The notes beneath the pieces are model-generated. The model saw only the letters and a list, made by a program, of their open reading frames with translations, had not been told where the DNA came from and ran no database searches. A stretch of DNA of 64,000 nucleotides from an uncultured Bacteroidales bacterium (lineage in GTDB: Bacteria; Bacteroidota; Bacteroidia; Bacteroidales; VadinHA17): positions 71,290 through 135,289 of the forward strand of contig CAVUAX010000002.1 of assembly GCA_963739685.1 (NCBI GenBank), given 5' to 3'. Numbering within the stretch: position 1 is the stretch's first letter; every line of letters starts with the position of its first letter. Shown in pieces: positions 1 through 10,375 of the stretch. The position numbers and the translations under genes are program-made.

Positions 1-1
1 A

Positions 2-1882
2 TCATTTTTCACTAAGTTCCAGCCACCTCATCTCTTTGTCGTCCAACATAATAGCAATTTCACCGTGCTTCTTAGATTTGATATATAAATCCTGCGGGCT
101 TAAAGATCCATGGCTCATCTGATCTTCAATAGATTTTTTTTCAGTTTCCAGAATTTTTATTTCAGCCGACAATTGTTCTAATTCCTTTTTCTCTCTGTAA
201 GTTAAACCTGCTTTTTTTTCTCTTTTACTTACATTGATGTTGTTTGGATCCGGATCCGATATTTTAAACGTACTATCGTTTATTTTTTCTTTTACTTTGT
301 CCTCTTCTTCCTGTTTTTCTCTCAACTGGGTATAATTTCCCGGGAAATCTTTCAGAATGCCCTCGCCCCGGAATTCAAAAATATGGTCAACTACTTTGTC
401 CATAAAATATCTGTCGTGTGATACAACAATCACGCACCCCCTGAAACCTGAAAGATACTCCTCAAGTACATTAAGAGTAAGAATATCAAGATCATTAGTT
501 GGCTCATCAAGGATCAGAAAATTAGGGTTCGTCATAAGTACTGTAAGCAGATAAAGACGTCGTTTCTCTCCACCCGATAACTTTCTGATCAACGTATACT
601 GCTTGTCGGGAGAGAAAAGAAAATAGTTAAGGAACTGGGTCACAGAGAGCATATTTCCATCACTTACCATTACCCTTTCGGCAATCTTTTTCACAACATC
701 TATTACTGTTGTATCTTCATCAAATTGAATACCCACCTGCCTGTAATAGCCAAAAACGATTGTTTCGCCTTTTTCCACAACTCCGTTATCAGGAACATTA
801 AGTCCTGTAATGAGATCCAGCAAGGTAGTTTTGCCTGTACCGTTCCTGCCTATTAGTCCTACCTTCTCAAAACGGTTGAATGTGTATGAAAAATTTTTCA
901 GCAGCATTTTCTCACCATACGATTTACTGAGATTCTTTATTTCAAGGATCTTTTTCCCCATCCTTGCAACATTGACATTTATATTAATTGATTTATCATC
1001 TGGTCTGAGAACTGCTTTTTGCTTTAGATCATAAAACGATTCTATTCTGGATTTTGCCTTATGTCTCCGTGCCTTTGGCATTCTTCTCATCCATTCAAGT
1101 TCTGTTTTAAGCAGGTTCCTGGCTTTTTCTGCATTTGTTTTGACAGAATACTCACGGCTTTCCTTTTTTTCAAGATAATACTCATAATTACCTTCATACC
1201 TGAACAATTCATTACCTGAGAGTTCAAATATTACATTACAAACCCTGTCAAGAAAATATCTGTCGTGAGTCACCATCAGAAGACTTTTAGCTGATGTCAT
1301 CAGGTACTCTTCAAGCCATTCGATCATGTCGAGATCAAGGTGATTGGTGGGTTCGTCAAGTACAAGAAGATCAGCATCTTCAACAAGTACTTTGGCTAAT
1401 GCAATTCTTTTTTTCTGTCCTCCTGAGAGAGTTCCTATCACGGCATTCAGATCCGTAAGCTTAAGTTTGAAAAGTATCTGTTTTACAGTTACTTCATATT
1501 CCCAGGCTTTAAAATCATCCATCTTCTGAATTGCCGCATTCAGCATTTCAGGTGTTCCAGACAAAAGTGACTCTTCATAATCCCTGATAACTCTCACCAG
1601 ATCGCTGTCAGTGCAGAAAAGCTCCTCAATTATTTTATTGGAATCATTCAGTTCAGGCGATTGTTTAAGATAAGCAATCTTCAGACCCCGTTTTAAAGTA
1701 ACAGACCCTTCATCAGGATTCTCCTTACCGGTAAGTATATCGAGCATTGATGATTTTCCTGCACCGTTTACAGCAATAAGAGCTGCCTTATCATCCTTAT
1801 TAATATTAAGATTTATATTATTAAACAGAAGATGATCCCCTATTCTCGATGAAATGTTTTCGGCCTGAAGGTAATTTATCAT
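2..1882 (-). CDS. ABC-F family ATPase (two fused ABC cassettes, no TM domain; Uup/YbiT-like)
   Basis: 626-aa ORF. Two Walker A motifs (NGAGKSS, GRNGTGKTT), two LSGG signatures (LSGGQKKR, LSGGEKRR) and two Walker B motifs (LLVLDEPTNHLD, FLILDEPTNDLD). Charged coiled-coil C-terminal tail. Confidence 0.9.
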   Translation of the reverse strand: MINYLQAENISSRIGDHLLFNNINLNINKDDKAALIAVNGAGKSSMLDILTGKENPDEGSVTLKRGLKIAYLKQSPELNDSNKIIEELFCTDSDLVRVIRDYEESLLSGTPEMLNAAIQKMDDFKAWEYEVTVKQILFKLKLTDLNAVIGTLSGGQKKRIALAKVLVEDADLLVLDEPTNHLDLDMIEWLEEYLMTSAKSLLMVTHDRYFLDRVCNVIFELSGNELFRYEGNYEYYLEKKESREYSVKTNAEKARNLLKTELEWMRRMPKARRHKAKSRIESFYDLKQKAVLRPDDKSININVNVARMGKKILEIKNLSKSYGEKMLLKNFSYTFNRFEKVGLIGRNGTGKTTLLDLITGLNVPDNGVVEKGETIVFGYYRQVGIQFDEDTTVIDVVKKIAERVMVSDGNMLSVTQFLNYFLFSPDKQYTLIRKLSGGEKRRLYLLTVLMTNPNFLILDEPTNDLDILTLNVLEEYLSGFRGCVIVVSHDRYFMDKVVDHIFEFRGEGILKDFPGNYTQLREKQEEEDKVKEKINDSTFKISDPDPNNINVSKREKKAGLTYREKKELEQLSAEIKILETEKKSIEDQMSHGSLSPQDLYIKSKKHGEIAIMLDDKEMRWLELSEK

Positions 1883-1899
1883 AAATTATCAATATTTTG

Positions 1900-1907
1900 C
1901 AAAGATA
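1900..1907 (-). promoter_or_regulatory. Candidate Bacteroidota -7 box (TATCTTTG = TAnnTTTG) for the ABC-F gene
   Basis: Minus-strand TATCTTTG lies 18 nt upstream of the ATG at 1882. Motif match only. Confidence 0.35.
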
Positions 1908-1946
1908 AAAAGTGTTACCTTAACTGTACATTGTTTTCCAATAAGT

Positions 1947-2594
1947 ATGACAACAAATGAAAGATACAGACGGATCATTGAATATTTTATTGCCAATTTT
2001 CCAAGGGCGGAAACTGAACTTGTTTACAGGACACCTTTTGAACTTATTGTTGCGGTAATCCTTTCTGCGCAATGTACTGACAAGAGAGTTAATATTATAA
2101 CACCTCCTCTTCTGGCAAGGTTTCCGAATCCTGAAACGATGGCCGGGGCTGATCCTGACGAGATTTTCGACTACATCAAATCGTGCACTTATCCAAATAA
2201 CAAAGCAAAGTATCTATCGGGTATGTCTCGTATGCTTTTAAGTGACTTCGGAGGAGATGTTCCTTCTGATCCACTTTTATTGCAACGTTTGCCCGGAGTA
2301 GGGCGGAAAACTGCAAATGTAATTGCATCAGTAGTTTTCAGAAAACCGGTAATTGCAGTTGACACTCATGTTTTCAGGGTTTCAAAAAGGATCGGCCTTG
2401 TAAAGAATGCAAGAACACCTTTAAGTGCGGAGATTCAGCTTTCGGGTCATATTCCGCCCGATCTAATGCATCTGGCCCATCACTGGCTCATTCTGCATGG
2501 CAGATATGTTTGTAAAGCAAGAAATCCTCTTTGCATTCAATGCGGGATAAAAGATTACTGCAAATATTACGCTGAGAAGATCAAAAAAAAATAA
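1947..2594 (+). CDS. nth: Endonuclease III (HhH-GPD DNA glycosylase/AP lyase)
   Basis: 215 aa. Helix-hairpin-helix LPGVGRKTANV, VDTHVFRV, and a C-terminal 4Fe-4S ligand pattern CKARNPLCIQCGIKDYC. Confidence 0.9.
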   Translation: MTTNERYRRIIEYFIANFPRAETELVYRTPFELIVAVILSAQCTDKRVNIITPPLLARFPNPETMAGADPDEIFDYIKSCTYPNNKAKYLSGMSRMLLSDFGGDVPSDPLLLQRLPGVGRKTANVIASVVFRKPVIAVDTHVFRVSKRIGLVKNARTPLSAEIQLSGHIPPDLMHLAHHWLILHGRYVCKARNPLCIQCGIKDYCKYYAEKIKKK

Positions 2595-2684
2595 GACTAT
2601 CTTTGAAACGAAATTAGAAACATGGATAATTAAAAATTGTTAAAGACCTGGACCCGGGCTAATTCATAATTTTCCACTTAAAAT

Positions 2685-2692
2685 TACATTTG
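2685..2692 (+). promoter_or_regulatory. Candidate -7 box TACATTTG (TAnnTTTG)
   Basis: Lies 9-16 nt upstream of the ATG at 2701. Motif match only. Confidence 0.3.
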
Positions 2693-2700
2693 CCTTATCT

Positions 2701-5700
2701 ATGGATTATAAAGAGAGATATAACAAGTTACTGGAAAAGAACAGATCTTTGGAAAAGGAACTTGAGGCTTTGCATTCAAAAAGTGAAGTAGAGAACCTTA
2801 ATTCCAATGATATGATATTCAGGATTTTCCACTCTACTTCTCATATTATGGCCATAATTAAAGTCGATTCCGGACAAATTGTTGATATCAACGAGGCTTT
2901 TCTGAAGAACCTCGGATACGAAAAGGAAGATGTTATCGGACGAACACCCGACGATATCCATCTTTTTGTTGATTTTCAGGAGACAAACAAGTATATTAAA
3001 CTTATTCCCAGATTAAATAAAATTAAAGATTACGCAGTTACCCTGAGTGCAAAAAATGGTGATAAACTACAATTTTTGTTCTCTTCCGAGACAGTACAGA
3101 TTGATAATGAAGCTTTCCTGTTTACGGTATTCGAGGATATTTCTTTAACCAAAAACAAGAAAATAAAAGAGAGCCAGGGCACGATCCTGGATGAAATTTT
3201 TAATACTGTCAGCAGTTATCTTGCATTATTCAGCTATGGTGAGGACAATAGATTCTATATCATAGATTTAAACAGTAAAGTTGAAGAGGTTGAGTTTCTC
3301 AGTAAAAACGATGTTATCGGTAAATGTATTGATGACACTATTCTTGCCCGACGTCACAAACTTGTTGAACTCCTTCACCATCTCAGGATAACAGGAGACT
3401 CGCATAAACTGGCTGCTTCTCATCTGGGGGACGACTCTGAAGGATATTATATGGGATTTATCCTGACTTCCGGGAATTTTGTAATAACATGGGAACCAGG
3501 TCTCCTCCAGAAAAACCTGGAGGAAATGTACAAGCAAAGCCTTGTTTTTGAAAAGTTAGCGGATCTGCTTCCTGAAATGGTTTATGAAATTGATCTTTCG
3601 GGGAAAATTCTCTATGGAAATAGTCTGGGTTTAAAATTCTTCGGTTTTACAAAAGATGATATTCAGAAAGGCATACTCATTTCAGATGTTTTTCCTGAAA
3701 ATTACCTGAAAATGATTGAGAACCTAAAATCCTTAAAATCCCCGGATCAAACGACAAGTAATGAATATATCGCACGAAAAAAGGACGGAACACTTATACC
3801 TGTAGTAACCCATTCGTTTGCAACGTTTCATGGTGACAGGATCACCGGATACAGGGGAGTTGTGACCGATATCAGCAAACAAAAAGAGTATGAAAACCAG
3901 ATAATAAGGGAAAAAGCTTTTCTTGAGCATCTTATAGATTCAACGCCTGAAGCAATTGCCATATTGGATTTGGCAGGCAGGATAACTATGGTAAATAAGG
4001 AGTTTACGAAACTTTTTGGTTTTACAATGGAAGAGGCGGTTAATAGATTTATTGATGATCTTATTCTTCCTGAGGACCTTAGAGAAGAATCAGTTTCACT
4101 AGATGTACTCTCGTCATGTCAGCATCAGGAAGTCAGACAAACTATCAGGAAAGATAAACAAGGCAAAAGAATACAAGTTTCCCTTAATGCGACAGCAATT
4201 GTGATAAATAATAAACCTGTGGCATTTCTGGGTATATACAGGGATATTACCCTTGAAAGAAAAAACCAATTCCTCCAGGAGGTTTTATTTAATATTTCAA
4301 CAGCAGCCCTCAGGCAGTTTGATATAAAGGATCTGTTCCCGATAATTGTTAAAGAAATAGGTAAAATATGGGATACAAACAATTTTTTTATTGCTTTGTA
4401 CGACAAAAATGCCGGGACCCTCTCTCTTCCATATTTTGCAGATGAAAAAGATAATTTCAAAGAGATCTCTGCAGAAAAGACCATAACAGGATGGATAATC
4501 AAAAATAACAAATCAGTTCTGCTTAAAGAAGATGACCTAAAGCTGATGGAGGAATCAGGTAATTTTGATCTTGTGGGAACTCCATGCAAAGTATGGATGG
4601 GTGTACCCTTGAGGATTGAGAATGAAGTCATGGGTGCAATGTGTCTTCAGGATTATAGTGACGAGAATAAATATTCTCAGGACGATCTGGGAGTTTTAGA
4701 TTTTATTGCAAATCAGATTTCCATTGCCATTCAGCGTCGGCGGATGCTTGATAATCTTATTCAGGCCCGCAAAAAAGCAGAAGAGGCCGCCAATACGAAA
4801 CAGCAGTTCATGTCAACAATGAGCCATGAAATCAGAACACCACTTAATGAAGTAATCGGAATAACCAATCTGCTTCTGCAGGGTGAACCAAGGTCTGATC
4901 AAATGGATTTAATTAAGACTCTCAGGTTCTCCGGAGACCATTTACTCACTTTGGTAAATGATGTTCTGGATTACAATAAAATAGAATCAGGCAAGATAAT
5001 ATTCGAAAAGTCCCCGTTCAATCTCAACGACTTCCTTGATGATATAATGAGATCCTATTCCTTCAGATCAAAATCTAAAAATCTCGATTTTAAAATAATC
5101 AAGACGAACAATCTGCCTGTGGAGGTTATAGGTGATTCTATCAGGCTTAATCAGATCTTGTCCAACCTGTTGTCAAATGCTCTTAAGTTCACCCAGAAGG
5201 GTGGAATATCAGTATATGTTACAGAATTAGCACGGACAGGGAGTCAGGTAAACATTGAATTCAGAATATCCGATAGCGGGATAGGTATACCAAAAGAAAA
5301 ACATATCGCAATTTTTGAGAGTTTTACCCAGGCAGAGTCAGATACGACAAGGTTCTTTGGAGGTACAGGGCTCGGATTAGCTATATGTAAAAACCTGGTT
5401 GATCTGCAGAACGGCACTTTAACTCTTGAGAGCGTGCCTGGGAAAGGATCAACCTTCAGTTTCATACTCTCTTTCGGTATCCCTGAAAAGGATACCATAG
5501 AAATTACCGGTAAACCTGCGGAGACTTTTACCGGACTTGAAGGTAAGAGCGTATTGGTAGCTGAGGATAATAAAATCAACTTCTTTGTTGCAAATAAATT
5601 TCTGACGGGATGGGGAATCAGAGTTACACATGCAGAAAATGGCAAGATAGCTCTTGAATGCCTGGAGAAAGAAGTATTTGACCTTATTATTATGGATCTT

Positions 5701-5910
5701 CACATGCCGGTTATCGATGGAATTGAAGCTACAAGGATCATAAGAAATTCGGATAATCCTGATATAAAAGACATTCCGATAGTGGCACTAACAGCGGCAA
5801 TAATGTCTGAGAGGCATCATAAAATCGATAAACTGCAAATTAACGACTTTGTTCTAAAGCCATTTAAACCCCACGATCTTTTTGAAAAGATATTGAAACA
5901 TATAAGGTAA
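2701..5910 (+). CDS. Hybrid sensor histidine kinase (coiled coil, PAS repeats, GAF, HisKA, HATPase, receiver)
   Basis: 1069 aa. H-box MSHEIRTPLN, N/G boxes LSNALKFT, DSGIGIP and GGTGLGLAI. C-terminal receiver VLVAEDN...LIIMDLHMP...LKPF. GAF-like block VWMGVPL...MGAMCLQDY. Confidence 0.9.
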   Translation: MDYKERYNKLLEKNRSLEKELEALHSKSEVENLNSNDMIFRIFHSTSHIMAIIKVDSGQIVDINEAFLKNLGYEKEDVIGRTPDDIHLFVDFQETNKYIKLIPRLNKIKDYAVTLSAKNGDKLQFLFSSETVQIDNEAFLFTVFEDISLTKNKKIKESQGTILDEIFNTVSSYLALFSYGEDNRFYIIDLNSKVEEVEFLSKNDVIGKCIDDTILARRHKLVELLHHLRITGDSHKLAASHLGDDSEGYYMGFILTSGNFVITWEPGLLQKNLEEMYKQSLVFEKLADLLPEMVYEIDLSGKILYGNSLGLKFFGFTKDDIQKGILISDVFPENYLKMIENLKSLKSPDQTTSNEYIARKKDGTLIPVVTHSFATFHGDRITGYRGVVTDISKQKEYENQIIREKAFLEHLIDSTPEAIAILDLAGRITMVNKEFTKLFGFTMEEAVNRFIDDLILPEDLREESVSLDVLSSCQHQEVRQTIRKDKQGKRIQVSLNATAIVINNKPVAFLGIYRDITLERKNQFLQEVLFNISTAALRQFDIKDLFPIIVKEIGKIWDTNNFFIALYDKNAGTLSLPYFADEKDNFKEISAEKTITGWIIKNNKSVLLKEDDLKLMEESGNFDLVGTPCKVWMGVPLRIENEVMGAMCLQDYSDENKYSQDDLGVLDFIANQISIAIQRRRMLDNLIQARKKAEEAANTKQQFMSTMSHEIRTPLNEVIGITNLLLQGEPRSDQMDLIKTLRFSGDHLLTLVNDVLDYNKIESGKIIFEKSPFNLNDFLDDIMRSYSFRSKSKNLDFKIIKTNNLPVEVIGDSIRLNQILSNLLSNALKFTQKGGISVYVTELARTGSQVNIEFRISDSGIGIPKEKHIAIFESFTQAESDTTRFFGGTGLGLAICKNLVDLQNGTLTLESVPGKGSTFSFILSFGIPEKDTIEITGKPAETFTGLEGKSVLVAEDNKINFFVANKFLTGWGIRVTHAENGKIALECLEKEVFDLIIMDLHMPVIDGIEATRIIRNSDNPDIKDIPIVALTAAIMSERHHKIDKLQINDFVLKPFKPHDLFEKILKHIR

Positions 5911-5912
5911 CT

Positions 5913-5944
5913 GTACAATGGTACAATGTTACAATGGGACAATG
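5913..5944. repeat. Four tandem 8-nt units: gtacaatg gtacaatg ttacaatg ggacaatg
   Basis: Read directly. The array starts 2 nt after the kinase stop codon (5908-5910). Confidence 0.85.
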
Positions 5945-5982
5945 GTCTGAAGGTTTAAACGAAGCCGGAGCCGTTAAACGGA

Positions 5983-7188
5983 CTATTTAATACAATTTCT
6001 GTTTATATATTCAGCAGCTTTCTTGTTACCCAGACTCAGAGACCTTCTGAAATCATGGCACGCATCCTCAGGTTTTCCTGAATTAAGAAGAGCGATGCCT
6101 TTGTTCAGCCATATATCCGAATTACCGGGGTCAAGGTCAAGAGACATACTATAGTCATTAATTGCCCAATTCCATGTTTTTGATATAAAATATGAATTTG
6201 CCCGGTCAATATAGCAAACGGGATCTCCCGGGTGGAGTTTAAGATTTTCTGAGAAGTAAGTGAGCGCTTTCAGGTTATCCCCAGAGGCTGCTTCCATTTT
6301 TCCGGCTAAGCTAAGTGCAGTTTTATCCCCGGGATAAATGTCAAGATACCTTTTAAGATCATCCAGGGCTTTTACTGTCTCCCCGGTTTTTCTGTAACAT
6401 TCAGCTCTTGAGATCAAAAGGCCGGCATCTATAACCTCCATATTAAGTAATTTTGTATATGTTTCAGATGCTCCCGCCGGGTTTCCGTTTCCGACCTGTG
6501 CTTTAGCATACAGGCGAAGGTAATTTTCGTGGGGGGGTTCATTATTTATAAATCCCGAAAGCGTTTTTATTACTTCTGAATATCTGCCTCTGGAATAGCT
6601 TATAAGAGCCTCTGCATAAAGTAATTCATCTTCACTATTGTAATTTGCTTTGAGTGCTTCAAGAATACCATTAGCCTCATCTGAACTTCCTATGGATAAA
6701 TAATATTCAATCTCTGAGATACCCTTATCCAGGTTTGAATACCAGTCCTTCTTCCAAATCTGACGCCATTCAGGTCTGTTTTCAATAACACTGAAAGAAG
6801 GATCAAGCATTATTTCCTTCTCGTTTTTTTTGAATGTCGAGGTAAGATTTTTTTCCAGGTGATAAACAGCAGTGGCTGCATCTCCTTTCAGAGCATATAT
6901 CCTCGCCAGACCAAATTCCCCGGAATTTGGAGAAATTTTATTTGCAGTATTAAAATCACCTATTGCACCCTGGTAATCACCCTTCATCAGTTTCGCCTCA
7001 GCTCTTTCGATATAAAGCCGGCTGTCGTTTTGATCTGATGTTAATGCCCCGGAAAGTAAATCAATAGCCATGTCTTGCTTTCCTGAGCCTGTGAGGGCTT
7101 TTGCCTTAAGCAGATAGTCCGTCGTCTGTTGTCCGGTGATACTTCCGGAAAACAGTAAAAACGCAATAAATGTCAAAACTTTATCCAT
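5983..7188 (-). CDS. TPR-repeat protein with N-terminal signal-like segment
   Basis: 401 aa. Hydrophobic N-terminus MDKVLTFIAFLLFSGSITG, followed by many 34-aa TPR-like units (e.g. YIERAEAKLMKGDYQGAIGDFNTANKISP). Confidence 0.75.
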   Translation of the reverse strand: MDKVLTFIAFLLFSGSITGQQTTDYLLKAKALTGSGKQDMAIDLLSGALTSDQNDSRLYIERAEAKLMKGDYQGAIGDFNTANKISPNSGEFGLARIYALKGDAATAVYHLEKNLTSTFKKNEKEIMLDPSFSVIENRPEWRQIWKKDWYSNLDKGISEIEYYLSIGSSDEANGILEALKANYNSEDELLYAEALISYSRGRYSEVIKTLSGFINNEPPHENYLRLYAKAQVGNGNPAGASETYTKLLNMEVIDAGLLISRAECYRKTGETVKALDDLKRYLDIYPGDKTALSLAGKMEAASGDNLKALTYFSENLKLHPGDPVCYIDRANSYFISKTWNWAINDYSMSLDLDPGNSDIWLNKGIALLNSGKPEDACHDFRRSLSLGNKKAAEYINRNCIK

Positions 7189-7207
7189 CGCTTATACTTA
7201 TTCAAAA

Positions 7208-9832
7208 TCATTTGGTAGGCACATTTTTCACCTTTGAACCCTCCTCGGTAATGACATGTACAAAACCGGAAAGGTGAAATAATTCAAGACCCGAAATTCG
7301 TCTTTCATAAACATCGCATTGATAAAAATAGACACCCGGGGACACGATCCTTCCCTTATATGTGCCATCCCAGTTAATTCTGGGCTGGCTGGTCCGGAAC
7401 AATAATAGTCCGTTACGGTTAAATATCTGAAAATCAATCTTCTCAACCAGACCCGAAGTTTTTGCCACAAGCCTGTCATTTATACCATCTTCGTTAGGTG
7501 TGAATACATTTGGTATTTCAAAAAAGTTGCAGGAGTCAACACATATCATAACCGATTTATCTCCTTCATTTCCATTAAGGTCGAAAGATGAAACTGCATA
7601 ACAACCTGAAATTACATCACCCGGGTAGTGTCTGTATAAGAAGGTATTTTTATCATTTATCGTAGTAAGAAGTGTCATATTCTCATCATAGGTCATCTTA
7701 TAATAAACATTATAACCTGCTATATCATCAAAACAGATTGGATCAGTAACATTCCAGGTTATAGTATTGTATAAACTATCGCACTGACTGATGACATTTA
7801 TCTCGGGAGGGCATGGTGCTTCATTATCAACGGGAGTGGAGCATGTAATCTGCGACAAATTAATAAGATCCTTGGGCATATTATCAGCAGGGTAACCACC
7901 TTCTGATCTTACATAATAACAATACTCTTTTCCGTTAACCAGCCCGTTATCAGTAAATGTAAGCTGATTAGAGGACCCGATTGAATCATATTTCATGGTT
8001 ACTTCATTTAGTCTGAAGTAATCATACCGCGTATTGATCCATGGTACATTACGGTTGATTATGAACCTTGTTTTGCGGTCGCCCGGACTTGCTGTTAAAA
8101 AAACGGATGACGCATAACCGGGTTCCCCAATAAGGAACCTGTTTCCGGAGGCATTATTATACAATTCTATCTTGTATAAATATCCTCTTGCCTGAGTATT
8201 TAATAAGGTGTCAACAAATACAGTATCATTAAGATCGGTCGAAGGAATTGACATTATCTGTTGATAGCCAGTTCCTGAAATTCCTTCTGCCCTGTAAATA
8301 AGATATTCATAGGGCCCATTTGCCGGTATAGTATCAAGCTTGCCAGGTTTTTTCCAGGAAATGAATACAGATCCATTTACTGGATCAGTATTCCTGATGC
8401 TTACATTTTTAATAACCGGAACACCAGATACCAGCATTGACGAAATCTCATTTGAAGATTTGCTTTCAGTTCCGTTAGGATAAACTGCTACAATCCTGTA
8501 GCTGTATTCCTTGCCAAACTGCAGACCCTGCCCGTTATCAGTATCTGTAAATGAAACTGATGAACTTCCGTCAATATATCCAACCTTGATAAAACCCGAT
8601 GAAGCCGGTACTCCTGAAGTACATGAATCAGTCATGAGGGAGGATATCCCTTCCTTTCTGTAAATGCTGAAACCGGCTATCACGTTTGTACCATAATCAG
8701 ACCAGGTTAATCTGATGAATTTTCCTTCGGGAATAGCCTTCAGAAGTTCCGGAGGGGGACCGAGCACCTTTATTTTCATACCATGAATATCGGATAGCTT
8801 TATATCCGCATTGTAATCATCCGATTTGAAGATTATATCATAGGGCTGATTTCTCACCGAAGCATGACAGGGAATCCACCTGAATCTTGCTGACGCATAC
8901 CCCGGGACCGAGTCAATTTTAGTGAATGTGGCAGGACAGGATGATAATTGAAAAATTCCCGAAGTAGCTTTAAGGCTCAACGGATCATTATTCACATCCG
9001 TTGCCGAAAAGATAAAATCGATAGTATCACCTGTCTGGACACACCTGTCTTTCACCTCGCTGTTAACAGGAGGTTTATTATCTGTACTGAAAACCTCTAT
9101 CTGCATATCACGAACCACAACTCCTATCTTTTTACCATTACGCCATTCCTGAATTTCCATAGCAACGTTATATTTCCCTGTATCTGCAGGAGTGTCCCAG
9201 ATCAGGTCTCCTGTTATGGAATCGACCCTAATTGAATGTGTAGCAGGTGGAAGCGTGTACCCTTCGATTGGCTTTCCGTCTTCACGGGTACATACGGTAA
9301 GTTTGTATGAGAGGCTATCTCCATCGGGATCAAATGCTGCCGGATTATGAATAAATATGTAACCAAGGGCTGCTTTGTCATAGGGTGGATTCAGCAATAC
9401 AGGTGTGCTGTTTCGTCCCATCGCAGGATTAACGATAAGTGTTGTTGATATTGAAAATACTACATTCACTGAGTTTGGGATGTTCCTGACACCTGCATTC
9501 CTGTTTGGGTCCTGTACTACAATCTTATAGACCCCCGGTCCGGGAAATGTATGATTTATTTTATATACATTTCTTTGATAGTAGTTCGGAAGAGATACTT
9601 TTTCAATTCTTTGTGCTGTAGATGTTGAGTTGTCACCCCACTCTACGTCAAGCTGGGGTCTGTCAGCAAAACTAAGTGTATAGGTAAAAGTGGTTATTGT
9701 GATCTCATACGTCAGGTCAGACAGTTGCACATAAGTTATCTCTCCGGCTCTGTTGTGAGTGGCATAGAGATCAGCAAAAAAAGCAGATGCAAGAATCATT
9801 ATTAGCAACTTCTTCATAATAATTTTCTTCAA
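7208..9832 (-). CDS. Large secreted protein with T9SS type-B (gliding-motility-associated) C-terminal sorting domain
   Basis: 874 aa with a signal peptide. C-terminal FFEIPNVFTPNEDGINDRL...NRNGLLLF...WDGTYKGR...GVYFY matches the TIGR04131-type CTD. Confidence 0.8.
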   Translation of the reverse strand: MKKIIMKKLLIMILASAFFADLYATHNRAGEITYVQLSDLTYEITITTFTYTLSFADRPQLDVEWGDNSTSTAQRIEKVSLPNYYQRNVYKINHTFPGPGVYKIVVQDPNRNAGVRNIPNSVNVVFSISTTLIVNPAMGRNSTPVLLNPPYDKAALGYIFIHNPAAFDPDGDSLSYKLTVCTREDGKPIEGYTLPPATHSIRVDSITGDLIWDTPADTGKYNVAMEIQEWRNGKKIGVVVRDMQIEVFSTDNKPPVNSEVKDRCVQTGDTIDFIFSATDVNNDPLSLKATSGIFQLSSCPATFTKIDSVPGYASARFRWIPCHASVRNQPYDIIFKSDDYNADIKLSDIHGMKIKVLGPPPELLKAIPEGKFIRLTWSDYGTNVIAGFSIYRKEGISSLMTDSCTSGVPASSGFIKVGYIDGSSSVSFTDTDNGQGLQFGKEYSYRIVAVYPNGTESKSSNEISSMLVSGVPVIKNVSIRNTDPVNGSVFISWKKPGKLDTIPANGPYEYLIYRAEGISGTGYQQIMSIPSTDLNDTVFVDTLLNTQARGYLYKIELYNNASGNRFLIGEPGYASSVFLTASPGDRKTRFIINRNVPWINTRYDYFRLNEVTMKYDSIGSSNQLTFTDNGLVNGKEYCYYVRSEGGYPADNMPKDLINLSQITCSTPVDNEAPCPPEINVISQCDSLYNTITWNVTDPICFDDIAGYNVYYKMTYDENMTLLTTINDKNTFLYRHYPGDVISGCYAVSSFDLNGNEGDKSVMICVDSCNFFEIPNVFTPNEDGINDRLVAKTSGLVEKIDFQIFNRNGLLLFRTSQPRINWDGTYKGRIVSPGVYFYQCDVYERRISGLELFHLSGFVHVITEEGSKVKNVPTK

Positions 9833-9841
9833 TAGCAGAAA

Positions 9842-10321
9842 TTAATTAATTATAAAGGTCTTTTCAGTCTTTTCCGGAGAAAATTTAATCCCCTCTTCAA
9901 AGTCATTGATCTTAATAATCATCATGTTGGCCTGGTCACTATAAAGACGGGTCATTATCAGATTTCTTATTGTTACTGACCCGGGTTTTTTTACAGATTT
10001 AAAAATAAGATTTATATTAAGTTCTCCATCAAGAATTTTCATGTCTTCAATTTCACCGGGAAGCTGTTTTTGATTAACAAAAATCAGAAATTTATTATCC
10101 AGGTAATTACTCATAATTTCCCTTGACAAGATACTATTTTCCGGTATATAAAATTTTCCCGAATCATTATTATTCATTTTACAGTCCATCAGAAAATCAT
10201 CGTAATACATCTTCAAAAATACCTTAAAGGAATACGATTCCGGAATATAGTCAATACTTGAAAGAGAAACATGGACCGGATGAAACATCAACCACAATAA
10301 GAAAAGCAAGGTTTTAACCAT
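9842..10321 (-). CDS. Hypothetical small exported protein (DUF6702-like, uncertain)
   Basis: 159 aa. Hydrophobic N-terminus followed by HPVHVSLSSIDY. Lies 10 nt upstream of the T9SS substrate gene on the same strand. Confidence 0.45.
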   Translation of the reverse strand: MVKTLLFLLWLMFHPVHVSLSSIDYIPESYSFKVFLKMYYDDFLMDCKMNNNDSGKFYIPENSILSREIMSNYLDNKFLIFVNQKQLPGEIEDMKILDGELNINLIFKSVKKPGSVTIRNLIMTRLYSDQANMMIIKINDFEEGIKFSPEKTEKTFIIN

Positions 10322-10375
10322 TTTATATCGTAAAAGGGTCTGTTTTAATCATCAAAAATCAGACCAAATTATTTA

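Noticed and set aside
4125-5645. 168-aa and 133-aa minus-strand ORFs inside the hybrid kinase gene
   Set aside because: They are antisense to a gene with unambiguous HisKA, HATPase and receiver motifs, so they are typical shadow ORFs.
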